64,000 nt of DNA from Candidatus Heimdallarchaeota archaeon. Its GTDB lineage: Archaea; Asgardarchaeota; Heimdallarchaeia; JABLTI01. Made by a program: the position numbers and the translations under genes. Positions 41,016-51,214 of the stretch are shown here, one piece after another. Below the pieces are notes generated by a model, which saw only the letters and a list, made by a program, of their open reading frames with translations, did not search any database and was not told the origin of the DNA. How positions within the stretch are numbered: position 1 is the stretch's first letter; every line of letters starts with the position of its first letter. The DNA lies in assembly GCA_018238155.1 (NCBI GenBank), contig JABCTZ010000026.1, positions 64,001-128,000 on the forward strand, read 5' to 3'.

Positions 41016-42788
41016 CTATTTTTTTCTTTTCTTGCAAATAGTAAATACAAACACCATTAATATACTTACAATAACTGGAGAAATGCCAATAATATAGCTA
41101 TTATTCCCAAAATCATATTCAAATCCTGCAAGCAACATATGTTCAAATGCTTTCGAAAGGTTAAATTGAAAAGGCTCATAACTCTCATTGAATCCAATAG
41201 CTACATTTGGAACTGAGGTAGCCGCTGGTGTACCAATACCAAAAAACATTTCATTTTCTACGTAATATTCTCTGTTCATACAATGGCTAATTGCGTTTCT
41301 GATATGCTTTGCTGATTCAACTCCAGCTATTGGACAGAGTTCACCTGTTCCCAAATATGGGTGGAGCATATTAATAGCTATTTCTTGAACTCCAGGACTT
41401 TTAACCAATAAATAACTAATATCTGCGAATGCAATTTCTTCCATTTGAGTTCTAAAATTTGCATCTATAATATCCACTTGACCAAAGCTAAGTTGTTCCA
41501 GAGCATCTAGTTTTGAGTTAAAAGATTGAAATTTAATAGTTTCAAAATACGGAGTGATTCCAGTCCAATTTTCGAAGAATGAATTTCTTTCGAGAAGTAG
41601 ATAGTTCTCTGTTGTATTATATTCTGCCAACTGATATGGACCTGCGCCAAAAATTCTCTCAGGATTTGTTGTCATCCATTCTAATGCTTGAACACTGTGA
41701 TTTTCTGGTGCTATCCCACTCCAAATATGTTTTGGAAGTAGTTGTAACGCTAAATTCTTTTCTTGAAAAATACTTTGTTGTTTAAAGCTAATTCTTAACT
41801 CCTTATCATTTATCTTCACAAAGGAATCATTATCCCACCGCGAGTTATATAAATAATTACTAAATGAACCAATATTTGGGTTTACTGCTAATTGATAACT
41901 ATATATCACATCTTCAGCTGTAATCGGTGTGCCATCTGCCCAAAGAGCATCTGGATTAATCTTAATGGTCCAATTCATATTGTCACTACTAGTGAAGGAA
42001 GAAGCAATTCTACTACCCCAAAAATGATTTCCAGGTTGTCTTTGTATCAAACTATTGTATATTTGGTTCAACCACTGTTTATCATTATGTGATTCGGCAA
42101 AAAAAGGATGAAAATCTTCAAAGTCTACAGGTGTTGCGTATACAAAATCGTTTTGCCCAGAAATAGACCAATTTTCCATTGGTTGGTATTTAGAATCCCA
42201 TAATAATCCATCCCAACCGGCAAATTCTTCTTTGTGAGGATAAATTTTCATTGGATAATACAACGCCAATATTTGTAAATCCTCATACAATAATTTCTGA
42301 ATTGTATCTACAAGTTCAACTTTCTCTGTATCATTATAAGCTACCGCATAATTGTCCATTACTTGATCCATTTCAGGATTAAAGTATTGATAAAAATTAT
42401 TCCCAATGGGTGATATAGAAGGTGAATCATACAGCCCCGTTGGATCATATTCAATTTCCCAAGCCCAATCAACGCTTAACATATCATAACCACCTTCATT
42501 AAAGGTAGGTATTGGAAATGGTCCTGGATATCCCCAAGTTCGAGAAGAAATATTAGACCAATCTGTAAGAATATGTTCAATCTCTATTCCTATTTTGGGT
42601 AGATATTCTTCTAGATGTCTGTCTAGACGTGCTGTTGAAAGAGAATTTGGCAATAAAATAAATATTTTAAAAAACGGACCTGGATTAGTTTCTTGAGTGG
42701 AGTTTACTTTCCCTAATAATGTACTTGGCAACACAATTGTCAAAAAGATAATAAAAAATGATGAAATCATTCTAATCTTTCTTTTCAT
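41016..42788 (-). CDS. Family 5 (oligopeptide/dipeptide) ABC solute-binding protein, orphan, with C-terminal TM anchor
   Basis: Signal peptide, WADGTPITAEDVIYS, GAGPY, C-terminal TM plus KKRKK. Confidence 0.88.
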   Translation of the reverse strand: MKRKIRMISSFFIIFLTIVLPSTLLGKVNSTQETNPGPFFKIFILLPNSLSTARLDRHLEEYLPKIGIEIEHILTDWSNISSRTWGYPGPFPIPTFNEGGYDMLSVDWAWEIEYDPTGLYDSPSISPIGNNFYQYFNPEMDQVMDNYAVAYNDTEKVELVDTIQKLLYEDLQILALYYPMKIYPHKEEFAGWDGLLWDSKYQPMENWSISGQNDFVYATPVDFEDFHPFFAESHNDKQWLNQIYNSLIQRQPGNHFWGSRIASSFTSSDNMNWTIKINPDALWADGTPITAEDVIYSYQLAVNPNIGSFSNYLYNSRWDNDSFVKINDKELRISFKQQSIFQEKNLALQLLPKHIWSGIAPENHSVQALEWMTTNPERIFGAGPYQLAEYNTTENYLLLERNSFFENWTGITPYFETIKFQSFNSKLDALEQLSFGQVDIIDANFRTQMEEIAFADISYLLVKSPGVQEIAINMLHPYLGTGELCPIAGVESAKHIRNAISHCMNREYYVENEMFFGIGTPAATSVPNVAIGFNESYEPFQFNLSKAFEHMLLAGFEYDFGNNSYIIGISPVIVSILMVFVFTICKKRKK

Positions 42789-43002
42789 TTGATTAACAAC
42801 CTAGGTCTATAATCCAAAATCGATAGTTTCCAAACTATCTTAGAGTCCATTGTAACTACAACAAAGGAAGTATTAAAAATAAGTATTTGTGTAGCTAGAA
42901 ATATACTATATGGAATTCTTTAGAAAACTTTGTTATGAAACCTTCCTTCGATTTTGGGAAAGACAAATATAATATGGTATCCAGTTAGATATTGTGAATT
43001 TT

Positions 43003-43758
43003 ATGAAATGGAAGTTTGCAATTGTTCGAGAACCAGGTGCAAGATATTGTGATTGCCTTTCAGATCACCCTCTAAGAAATGATATCCATATTGGAAAAGC
43101 TAGACGACAACATATGGCATATCGTGAAGCATTATCATCACTCGGTCTTCAAATAATCTTACTCCCTCGAGATGATTCTCTCCCAGATTCTTGTTTTGTA
43201 GAGGATACTGCAATAATCTTTGGTAAAAAAGCATTTATAACCCGAATGGCAAAGGAAAGTCGTCGAGGGGAGGAAGTAGCAATAATAGATACTCTTTCTA
43301 GTTACCTCAAAGTCCAACAAGCCATTGCACCCGCAACTATTGAGGGCGGTGATGTAATTCGTTTTGAACGAAGTCTAATAGCAGGAATAACTCAACGAAC
43401 AAGTCTTGAAGGAATACAGCAGATGCAGAAATGGTTGAGAACAACTGTTGAAACAATTACCAATCCAAGTATAATGCATCTCAAGAGCTTTGTTACATAT
43501 TTAGGCAAGAAAACATTGATGATTACTGAAGAATTTGAGAACCACCCAAATCTCAAACGATTCAAAAAAATCCTTGTTCCAAAAGAAGAAAAATACGCTG
43601 CAAATACTTTAGCTGTAAATGGAGTAGTTCTAATGGCATCTAATAGACCAAAATCTATTCAGCTTGTTAGAGATGCTGGATTTGAAGTTATTCCTATTGA
43701 TACTACTGAATTCGAAAAATGTGACGGAGCACTAACTTGTTTGTCACTAATTTTCTAA
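43003..43758 (+). CDS. Dimethylargininase / amidinotransferase-superfamily protein
   Basis: PDSCFVED, RRGE, EGGDV, HLKS, YAAN, DGALTCLS. Confidence 0.9.
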   Translation: MKWKFAIVREPGARYCDCLSDHPLRNDIHIGKARRQHMAYREALSSLGLQIILLPRDDSLPDSCFVEDTAIIFGKKAFITRMAKESRRGEEVAIIDTLSSYLKVQQAIAPATIEGGDVIRFERSLIAGITQRTSLEGIQQMQKWLRTTVETITNPSIMHLKSFVTYLGKKTLMITEEFENHPNLKRFKKILVPKEEKYAANTLAVNGVVLMASNRPKSIQLVRDAGFEVIPIDTTEFEKCDGALTCLSLIF

Positions 43759-43856
43759 TTGTTTGCTTTTAAGAGTATATTTTCTTAACGAAATGCTTTT
43801 AATTTGCAATTTGTAATTGCTTTTAGCAATTATTTTATTGTGAGAGGTAAAAAAAA

Positions 43857-46034
43857 ATGAGTGAGTTTAAAATAGGTATACAATTTGCTACTTTTATGGA
43901 GCGTTTGAAACCGACATTTATAGATTATTTAGGTCCTTGGCTTTTAATCTTTGTTGGAGTATTTATCCAAACACCAATAATTGGCATTAGAGCATTGGGA
44001 ATTATATTGGGCATATTTTGTGAATTACTTGGTATTGCTGCAATATTATTCATCAATGGCTATATTCCTGCACTTAACCGTGGATATACACCAAATAAAA
44101 TGAAATATGGTATAAGATTGATGAAAATTGTCAACAAAGATACTATGGAATTGCGTGAAGTTGACGAAGAAGATTTAGGTATGCTTCTTCTAAGAGCAAT
44201 CATAGGTTGGTTTGAGGCATTTCTAGTTTTGCCTATCGTACCAGGATTATTGTCATTAGCAATTATGAACTCAAGTGAAAATAACCAACGATTAGCTGAT
44301 ATAATAGTTGGTACTGTAGTAGTCAAAGTTGATCCTGTTGAGACGGTTAATATTAAAGATTTCAGAATGAAAAAAGATGAGCTACCACCAACATTTGATG
44401 GAGTTCTAACAACAAATGCATATAAAACTGATTCAGCAATATATACAGATATCTCAGTAAAGGAACCAATTATTGATAGAAAATTGGCTAATAAACCTAT
44501 AGTCAATATTTTCTCTGACCATAAACTAATTGTTGCAGGTAAATGGGTTTTTATTTCATCAGCAATTTATTTGATATTGGCTCAGATTGTTCATCTAATT
44601 TCATATACTTTAGAAACGGTAAACACTAGCATGAATATTTTTGGTGAAGTGTTACCTTTTAACAAAACAGCCAGTGGATTAGATAATGTCCTAAATATTA
44701 TTAGCTATTTTGTTCTTTTCATCAGCTGTGTGGGATTTGTTCTTTATTATCTTGGTATTAAGAATTCGGACACAAAGAAACCATTACTCTTTACAGCCAT
44801 TTTCTATGGGCTATTCATAATCTTTCGGATTATCTACATGGAAGCAAATTGGGCTAATGAAAAGGTAATCGCATTTATCGACTTACCTTTTGGAAACATT
44901 GTGAGCTATAAACTTAGTAGTGGAGAACTCACCTTTGAAATTCTAAGTACAATTTGCATCATTGCTGCATTATTCATATTGAACTCATTCATTCGCTCAT
45001 TTAATGAAGAGCATAAATCAAAAGTAAGAAGATTTAGAAGCCATATTATTCTTATAATATTCTTTACTTTGCTACTTGGAAGTTACATCACAGGAATTAA
45101 TGGGGAACCAACTGTAGTTCTCGGCATAGTAATTTTCTTTTGTGTTTCATTGTTTAAAATAAAACTTTCTTTCGCTTATATCGAAGTTTTCTCAGAGTTA
45201 ATCAAAATGAGAAAAATTGAAACTTTCAATCCAGAAGATTCTGGAATGAAGAAAAGTGACCCCTACTCAGCTTCTGAGAATAGATCATATAATATGATAG
45301 GAGAGGATATTTTCGCTTACCGAACACTAGTTGTTGTTGGTAAATGGATCTTTATTTCCTCGGCAATTTATCTTATATTGGCTCAGATTGTTCATTTTAT
45401 CTCATATTCTTTAATAAAAGTAAACACTAGTTTTTACATTTTTGGTGAGGAAAAACCTATTGTTGTTACTCTCAGTGAGTTAGATAATATCCTCAATATC
45501 TCTAGCTATATTGTTCTTTTTCTCTGCTGTATTGGATTTATTCTTTTTTATTTTGGAATCAAAAGCCCAAAAACAAAAAGACCATTACTCGTTGCTACAA
45601 TATTCTTTGTTCTATTCGTAATCTTTCGAATTATCTACTTGGAAGCAAACTGGTCTGGAGAAGGATTCAATGCTTATATTTTCTTCGAATTTGGTAATCT
45701 TCACAAATTTAGTTTAACTAACGGAGAATTCGTTTTACAAATTCTAAGTACAACTTGTATCATTGTTGCATTATTCATATTGAACAAGTTTATTCAAGCA
45801 TTTAATGATGAACATCACTCAAAAGTAAGAACATTTGGAGGACAAATTTATCTTATCAAGTTCTTTGTTTTTCTATTTGTGATTTACTGTATAGCTATGA
45901 ATTCAAATCTGAAAGAAATTCCTGCTCTAGTGGTTTTCTTTTTAATAGCAATATTCCAAATTAAGCTAACATTTGCTTATCTTGGAACTTTCTCAGAACT
46001 AATTAAAATGAGAAAATTTACAATAGTTGGGTAA
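43857..46034 (+). CDS. RDD-domain membrane protein with two tandem copies of a multi-TM module
   Basis: FATFMERL...GYTPNK...LLLR...NQRLADIIVGTVVV RDD signature; internal repeat GKW(V/I)FISSAIYLILAQIVH...FSELIKMRK twice. Confidence 0.8.
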   Translation: MSEFKIGIQFATFMERLKPTFIDYLGPWLLIFVGVFIQTPIIGIRALGIILGIFCELLGIAAILFINGYIPALNRGYTPNKMKYGIRLMKIVNKDTMELREVDEEDLGMLLLRAIIGWFEAFLVLPIVPGLLSLAIMNSSENNQRLADIIVGTVVVKVDPVETVNIKDFRMKKDELPPTFDGVLTTNAYKTDSAIYTDISVKEPIIDRKLANKPIVNIFSDHKLIVAGKWVFISSAIYLILAQIVHLISYTLETVNTSMNIFGEVLPFNKTASGLDNVLNIISYFVLFISCVGFVLYYLGIKNSDTKKPLLFTAIFYGLFIIFRIIYMEANWANEKVIAFIDLPFGNIVSYKLSSGELTFEILSTICIIAALFILNSFIRSFNEEHKSKVRRFRSHIILIIFFTLLLGSYITGINGEPTVVLGIVIFFCVSLFKIKLSFAYIEVFSELIKMRKIETFNPEDSGMKKSDPYSASENRSYNMIGEDIFAYRTLVVVGKWIFISSAIYLILAQIVHFISYSLIKVNTSFYIFGEEKPIVVTLSELDNILNISSYIVLFLCCIGFILFYFGIKSPKTKRPLLVATIFFVLFVIFRIIYLEANWSGEGFNAYIFFEFGNLHKFSLTNGEFVLQILSTTCIIVALFILNKFIQAFNDEHHSKVRTFGGQIYLIKFFVFLFVIYCIAMNSNLKEIPALVVFFLIAIFQIKLTFAYLGTFSELIKMRKFTIVG

Positions 46035-46198
46035 TTCTTTTACTCAATTTTCTCTTTCTTTTTTTAAATAAAAAGAGTTATTTATCATAAGTGTTCAAAT
46101 TTGAAATTTTTTCAACGATTTTAGAACTACACAACCCTTTTTATTCAATTATTCAAAAAAATTTTTATTCTTTAATTAAAATGTTAGGAAGAAATAAA

Positions 46199-47572
46199 AT
46201 GAGCATGTCTAAAACAAATATTCAATTCGCTACTTTTATGGAACGGTTGAAACCAACATTTATGGATTATATTGGTCCATGGTTATTGTTCTTTGTAGGT
46301 GCATTTGTTCAAACGCCAATCGCTGGTATTGGAATATTTGGAATAATATTGGGTGTATTTTGTGAACTATTAGCTATTATTGCATTATTATTCATCAATG
46401 GTTATGCACCTGCATTAAATCGTGGTTTTACCCCAAATAAAATGACTCATGGTGTTAGATTGATGAAAATTGTCAATAAAGACACTATGGAATTGCGTGA
46501 AGTCGATGAAGGAGATATGGGTATACTTCTTTTAAGAGCAATTATTGGATGGTTTGAAGCATTTTTATTCCTACCTATCGTGCCAGGAATATTAGCACTT
46601 TTAATCATAAATTCGAGTGCAACAAATCAAAGAATTGCTGATTTGGTTGCAGGAACGGTAGTTATTAAGGTTGAGCCCGTAGAGAAAGTTAATATAAAGG
46701 ATTTCAGAATGAAAAAAAGCGATCCATCCCCAACATTTGATGGAATTTCCTCAATACAAACTACTGGCAAATCAAAAAAGAAACAAATTGACAAGAAACT
46801 AGATAAAAAATTTGACGATGGTATCTTCTCTAAGCCAACATTTATTGTTGTAGGTAAATGGATTATTATTTCTTCATCAATCTATCTGATTTTAGCACAG
46901 ATAGTAAAATTTGTTTCTCGAACATTGAGACTTGTCAATACTAGCTTTAAAATTTTTGGCGAAGAACAACCAATTGGTAATACTGGCAGTGAATTACATA
47001 ACGTATTAACTATTATTGGCTATGTTGTTCTATTCATATGTTGTTCAGGATTTGTTTTATATTACTTAGGTATCAGAAACACCAAAACAAAGAAGCCATT
47101 AATAATCAGTGGAATACTTTATCTATTCTTCATCATCTTTCGTATAGTCTTTATTGAAACAATATGGAATGGAAAAATGATTGCAATTATAGATTATGGT
47201 TTTGGATATGATCATATTCAATACAATGGTGTTGGATATGGAGGATTTGTTTTCCAAATAGTTTCTACTGTATGCTTAATACTTTCTCTAATCTTCCTAA
47301 GTAAATTTGTTATGAATTTCAATGCAGAACATCAAACAAACATTAGAAAAAACTTTGGTCAAATATCCTTAATTGTTTTCTTTTCATTGTTTTTTGTCAC
47401 ACTATTCATAGGTTTAATTGCAGATGCAGAGGAAACAACTGTTATGTTTAGTACGGTAATATTCTACATTAGACGTTTGTTCGAAATATGTCTTGTTTTT
47501 GTTTACCTTGGAATTTATGCAAAGTTAATCAAATTGAGAAAAATAGCCAAAGTGAACAATGTAATTGAGTGA
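46199..47572 (+). CDS. Paralogous RDD-domain membrane protein with one multi-TM module
   Basis: RDD region nearly identical to 43857; ATG 46199 after AGGAAG. Confidence 0.8.
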   Translation: MSMSKTNIQFATFMERLKPTFMDYIGPWLLFFVGAFVQTPIAGIGIFGIILGVFCELLAIIALLFINGYAPALNRGFTPNKMTHGVRLMKIVNKDTMELREVDEGDMGILLLRAIIGWFEAFLFLPIVPGILALLIINSSATNQRIADLVAGTVVIKVEPVEKVNIKDFRMKKSDPSPTFDGISSIQTTGKSKKKQIDKKLDKKFDDGIFSKPTFIVVGKWIIISSSIYLILAQIVKFVSRTLRLVNTSFKIFGEEQPIGNTGSELHNVLTIIGYVVLFICCSGFVLYYLGIRNTKTKKPLIISGILYLFFIIFRIVFIETIWNGKMIAIIDYGFGYDHIQYNGVGYGGFVFQIVSTVCLILSLIFLSKFVMNFNAEHQTNIRKNFGQISLIVFFSLFFVTLFIGLIADAEETTVMFSTVIFYIRRLFEICLVFVYLGIYAKLIKLRKIAKVNNVIE

Positions 47573-47666
47573 CTTTTTACTCAATTACTCTCCTTTTTTC
47601 TTGTTCAAAAAGTTTATTAAAAATAAATCCTTTGAAAAAACATTACTATAATAAGGAGAAAAAACA

Positions 47667-47939
47667 ATGTCAGAGTCAGAAGATAAAACAATGGGTATTA
47701 TTTCCATAGTATTAGGTGTCTTAGGTTTTACTTTTCTACCATTTATAGGTAGTGTAATAGCTATTATTCTAGGTCATGTTGCAAAAGGCACAGATGGTGA
47801 TCAATTAGGTAAAATTGGTAGGATTCTTGGTTGGGTAGGTATTTGCATATACATACTTGGTGGCTTAATAGCAATAGCGTTAGTTGTTATAGTTCCTCTA
47901 TTAGGTTTTTCACTATTTCCAGCTTACACAGTCATCTGA
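47667..47939 (+). CDS. Small DUF4190-like membrane protein
   Basis: IISIVLG...IAIILGHVA...GRILGWVG; AAGGAG SD. Confidence 0.75.
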   Translation: MSESEDKTMGIISIVLGVLGFTFLPFIGSVIAIILGHVAKGTDGDQLGKIGRILGWVGICIYILGGLIAIALVVIVPLLGFSLFPAYTVI

Positions 47940-47979
47940 GGATTATTCCTCATTTTTTCTTTTTTAAAGTAGTTTTGCT

Positions 47980-48028
47980 AATTGAACCAACAACAAGATG
48001 GATCAATACAAAACCTTGTACAGGAATG
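47980..48028 (-). repeat. 49-bp diverged copy of permease-gene segment 48438-48486
   Basis: 43/49 identical; encodes IPVQGFVLIHLVVGSI versus IPVQGFVLIHPVVGSI. Confidence 0.8.
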
Positions 48029-48230
48029 CAAGTATTACTATAGGAGTAGTGCCATTTCAATGGCTAATTGATTTATTCGCTTACTAAAATTTTGAGAGAT
48101 AACCTCTCAGATTGTTTTTTTTGTTATTTTTCTTTCCATTGGAAGATAGGTGTTCATTTTTTGATACCAAAAGACCATATTAGTTCAAGCATTTTATCGA
48201 AAAGTTCACTCAGTTATAATAATTTCTGTA

Positions 48231-49079
48231 TTATAATTTTGATAACCCTTGATTTTTTGCTTTTCGCTCAACAGGAATTAACACTAATCTCGCCAAGATT
48301 ACATAAAATACTGTGCATCCTAGTATTATTACGAATTCTGCCCAGATTGGTAGTAGGGGTTTGTAACCATCAATCATATAGTATCTCATTAGATCAAAGT
48401 TGTATGTGAATGGAAATGCCATTGCTATGTATTTGAGAATTGAGCCAACAACGGGATGGATTAATACAAATCCTTGCACAGGAATGTATGCTCCACAAAG
48501 GAATTGGATTAATTGATGAATAACTGTTACAAATAATCTCGTTTGTCTAAATAGTATAGCTAGCATTCCAAAGAATAATCCTATAGATATCAAACTAATT
48601 ATTGATAAAAAGGCAACTAATAGAGTATATCCAATCGCAGTTAAATTTGTAAGATTACCAGTTAATCCTAAAGAGAGAATATAGAGAGGTATAAAGAATA
48701 TAAATGAAACAATTGCACGAGAGATGGTTGTTGAGAGCAAATAGCCTAAACGTGAAGCAGGAGAGACAAAGATTGATTCAATTGTACCGAAGTGAATATC
48801 TTCTTCAACTCTGATCAAGGGACCCCAGGTAGCTATGCCAGAAAACATTTGAACAGCAGTTCCAATCAACATGAAAAGGAATACAGCTTGCCCATTTAAT
48901 CCGGCAATTTCATACAGCGCAGGTGTGAAATTATATGCTCCACCAATAACAATGAAACCTAGTGTTAAAGTAGCTATTTCAAGGAACCAACCAAAAAGAT
49001 TAGCTTTGTATCTCTTGTAGCTAATCATATCTCGCCAGATACCTTTGAAAACAATTTGTGAGGTGTTTTTTAGACTCAT
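48231..49079 (-). CDS. ABC-2 type exporter permease
   Basis: EEDIHFGTIESIFVSP, LCGAYIPV, FPFTY. Confidence 0.88.
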   Translation of the reverse strand: MSLKNTSQIVFKGIWRDMISYKRYKANLFGWFLEIATLTLGFIVIGGAYNFTPALYEIAGLNGQAVFLFMLIGTAVQMFSGIATWGPLIRVEEDIHFGTIESIFVSPASRLGYLLSTTISRAIVSFIFFIPLYILSLGLTGNLTNLTAIGYTLLVAFLSIISLISIGLFFGMLAILFRQTRLFVTVIHQLIQFLCGAYIPVQGFVLIHPVVGSILKYIAMAFPFTYNFDLMRYYMIDGYKPLLPIWAEFVIILGCTVFYVILARLVLIPVERKAKNQGLSKL

Positions 49080-49091
49080 TTTTTTTCCTCC

Positions 49092-49967
49092 TTATAGAAT
49101 TGATAAACCTACATTCTTTGCTTTTCTTTCTACTAATTTTAGTAAGAAACCGGCTATAATGACAAATGCAATAGATGTCACTCCCAGAACTAAGAATTCT
49201 ACCCACACAGGAAGAAGTGTGTGATATTGCGAACCGAAAATAAAGAATCGAAAGAGGTCATAACAATATGTGTATGGAAAACAGTAAGCAAAGTATTTAA
49301 GAATTGAACCTAAAACAGGTTTCATTGAAGCATATGCTTGTACTGGCACATAAGCTCCACAGAGGAACTGCATTAGCATGCTTAGAAATAAAGCAATTGG
49401 TTGCGATTTTCTAATCAATAAAGCGATCATAGCAAAGAATAGCCCAAAAGCCATCATACTTAAAATAGTTACAAAGACCACTAGCATAGTTGTGCCGATC
49501 ACATAAAGATTAGTGAGTGTTCCATTTACTGCCATAATAATAATATATGCCGGAATAAAGAATATTAGATTCACAAATGAATCAGAAATGGTTGGCGATA
49601 ACAAATAAGCAACTCTATTAGAGGGAGTAACGAAAACTGCTTCTAAAGTACCGTAATGAATGTCTTGGTTTATTCTCATTAATGGTGCCCAAAGAGCGGA
49701 ATCAGAAAATGTTCCGATAGCTACACCTCCAATGAAAAAGATAAACACTTGAGTTGCAGTATTTATACCTGTTTCTCCTGCTGTTACGGGATTTAACTCA
49801 AACAGAACTGAGAAAAGATATCCCGTAAACATACCAATAGCCATACTTAACAACCAACCAATGAGTTTTGCTTTGTATCGTCTGATATTTGTTAGATCTC
49901 TTTTAATACCAATTCCAACTACTCTGAATCCTGTTTTAATGTTAAATCCTACATTTTGAATCGACAT
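49092..49967 (-). CDS. ABC-2 type exporter permease (paralog)
   Basis: QDIHYGTLEAVFVTP, LCGAYVPV, FPYTY. Confidence 0.88.
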   Translation of the reverse strand: MSIQNVGFNIKTGFRVVGIGIKRDLTNIRRYKAKLIGWLLSMAIGMFTGYLFSVLFELNPVTAGETGINTATQVFIFFIGGVAIGTFSDSALWAPLMRINQDIHYGTLEAVFVTPSNRVAYLLSPTISDSFVNLIFFIPAYIIIMAVNGTLTNLYVIGTTMLVVFVTILSMMAFGLFFAMIALLIRKSQPIALFLSMLMQFLCGAYVPVQAYASMKPVLGSILKYFAYCFPYTYCYDLFRFFIFGSQYHTLLPVWVEFLVLGVTSIAFVIIAGFLLKLVERKAKNVGLSIL

Positions 49968-49969
49968 TT

Positions 49970-50944
49970 CTATACCTCCAGTTCTACTTTCTTATCACAG
50001 AATTTTAGAAAAACATCCTCAAGCGTTGCAGTCCGATAGGATATAACAGGGTTCAAATCAAAATCTTTGCAGATTTTCATTATCCTCTCAAAAGCTTCAG
50101 CGCTATCTGTTACAGGTAATTTAATAAAACCATTTTCTTGTTCTATTGCAGAAACAGTTTCTAAATCTATTAATTTTTGCAGAAATTCAGGTGAAGCTAT
50201 CTCACCGGTTCGTAAACGCAATTCAATTAATTGCATATTCAAATCATCCATTAAATTCTGAGGAGTATCAATTGCAACAACTTTTCCCTCGAAGATTATT
50301 GCCACACGATCACAGAGCTCTTCGATTTCAGACATTATTTGAGAAGTCATAATTATTGTTTTACCTTTTCCTTTCGCATAATTTTTAACAAAATTTCTAA
50401 TCTTTTTTGCAGCAATGGGATCCAACCCTTTGCTAATTTCATCTGCAAAAACCAGATCAGGATTATGAAGGAAACCTCTCATTACAACAATTGCTTGTTT
50501 TTGTCCTCCTGAGAGTTTCATAACTTCTTTATCAAAAATCTCATCATTATCATATGTTTTCTTGAATTCTTCTAATCGCACCAAAAAATCCTCTTTGTGA
50601 ACATTGTATAGTGTAGCAAAAAATTCCAAGTTTTCCTTGCCCGTCAAACGTGCATAAGTTGATCGTTCAGAATCTTGTCCAATGTATCCTATACGTTTTC
50701 TAATTTCTTTTTCATCTTTTTCTAAATCGTAACCTAAAACCTTTACAGTGCCTTCAGTTTTATTCAGCAATGTAGAACAAATTTTGATGAAAGTTGTTTT
50801 GCCGGCTCCATTTGGTCCTAAGATACCAAATATCTCGCCTTTCTCAACCTCTATATCTACCCCTTTCAGGGCTTCTGTTTTTCTTTTCCTACTTTTATAG
50901 GTTTTTTTGACTTTTTCAGCTATTAGTGCCTTCATTTTTTTCAT
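49970..50944 (-). CDS. ABC exporter ATP-binding protein (DrrA-like)
   Basis: GPNGAGKT, LSGGQ, VFADE, TLEDVF; H-loop reads TSQ. Confidence 0.92.
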   Translation of the reverse strand: MKKMKALIAEKVKKTYKSRKRKTEALKGVDIEVEKGEIFGILGPNGAGKTTFIKICSTLLNKTEGTVKVLGYDLEKDEKEIRKRIGYIGQDSERSTYARLTGKENLEFFATLYNVHKEDFLVRLEEFKKTYDNDEIFDKEVMKLSGGQKQAIVVMRGFLHNPDLVFADEISKGLDPIAAKKIRNFVKNYAKGKGKTIIMTSQIMSEIEELCDRVAIIFEGKVVAIDTPQNLMDDLNMQLIELRLRTGEIASPEFLQKLIDLETVSAIEQENGFIKLPVTDSAEAFERIMKICKDFDLNPVISYRTATLEDVFLKFCDKKVELEV

Positions 50945-51019
50945 CTTCTTTTATAATGTCTAGTTAACATTCATCGAATTTACTTTAAAAGGAAAATTCA
51001 CATTAAGAAGACTCAATAT

Positions 51020-51067
51020 GAGGTCACTTAAAGAGGTCACTTATTGTTAGGTCACCTATCGTGACTT
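51020..51067. promoter_or_regulatory. Operator array upstream of the ABC exporter operon
   Basis: AGGTCAC at 51021, 51034 and 51049, plus inverted GTGACTT at 51061, just downstream (minus strand) of a TATA-like element at 51069-51078. Confidence 0.65.
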
Positions 51068-51214
51068 CAAATATATTAGAAATTTATTTACAAATTATTT
51101 AGAAAACAATTTTAAAAATTCAACATTTGGGATAAAAAATACTTGTTAATAACTTTCTTGATTGAAAATGCTCTGTCAAAAAGAACCATTAAATAAAATG
51201 GAAAAGAAGATTTC

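Noticed and set aside
48030-48145. Run of small hairpins (gccatt/aatggc, tgagag/ctctca) as an ncRNA
   Set aside because: Short stems next to T-tracts between convergent genes are adequately explained as terminators or chance
38788-48486. Diverged repeat pairs as DGR template and variable regions
   Set aside because: Differences are not adenine-specific, many are synonymous, and no reverse transcriptase is present
49970-50944. H-loop His-to-Gln change suggesting an inactive ABC ATPase
   Set aside because: Walker A/B and signature motifs are intact; a single substitution is not enough to call it inactive
51021-51055. AGGTCA matches the eukaryotic nuclear-receptor half-site
   Set aside because: A short coincidental match; no such protein is evident, so it is kept only as a generic operator
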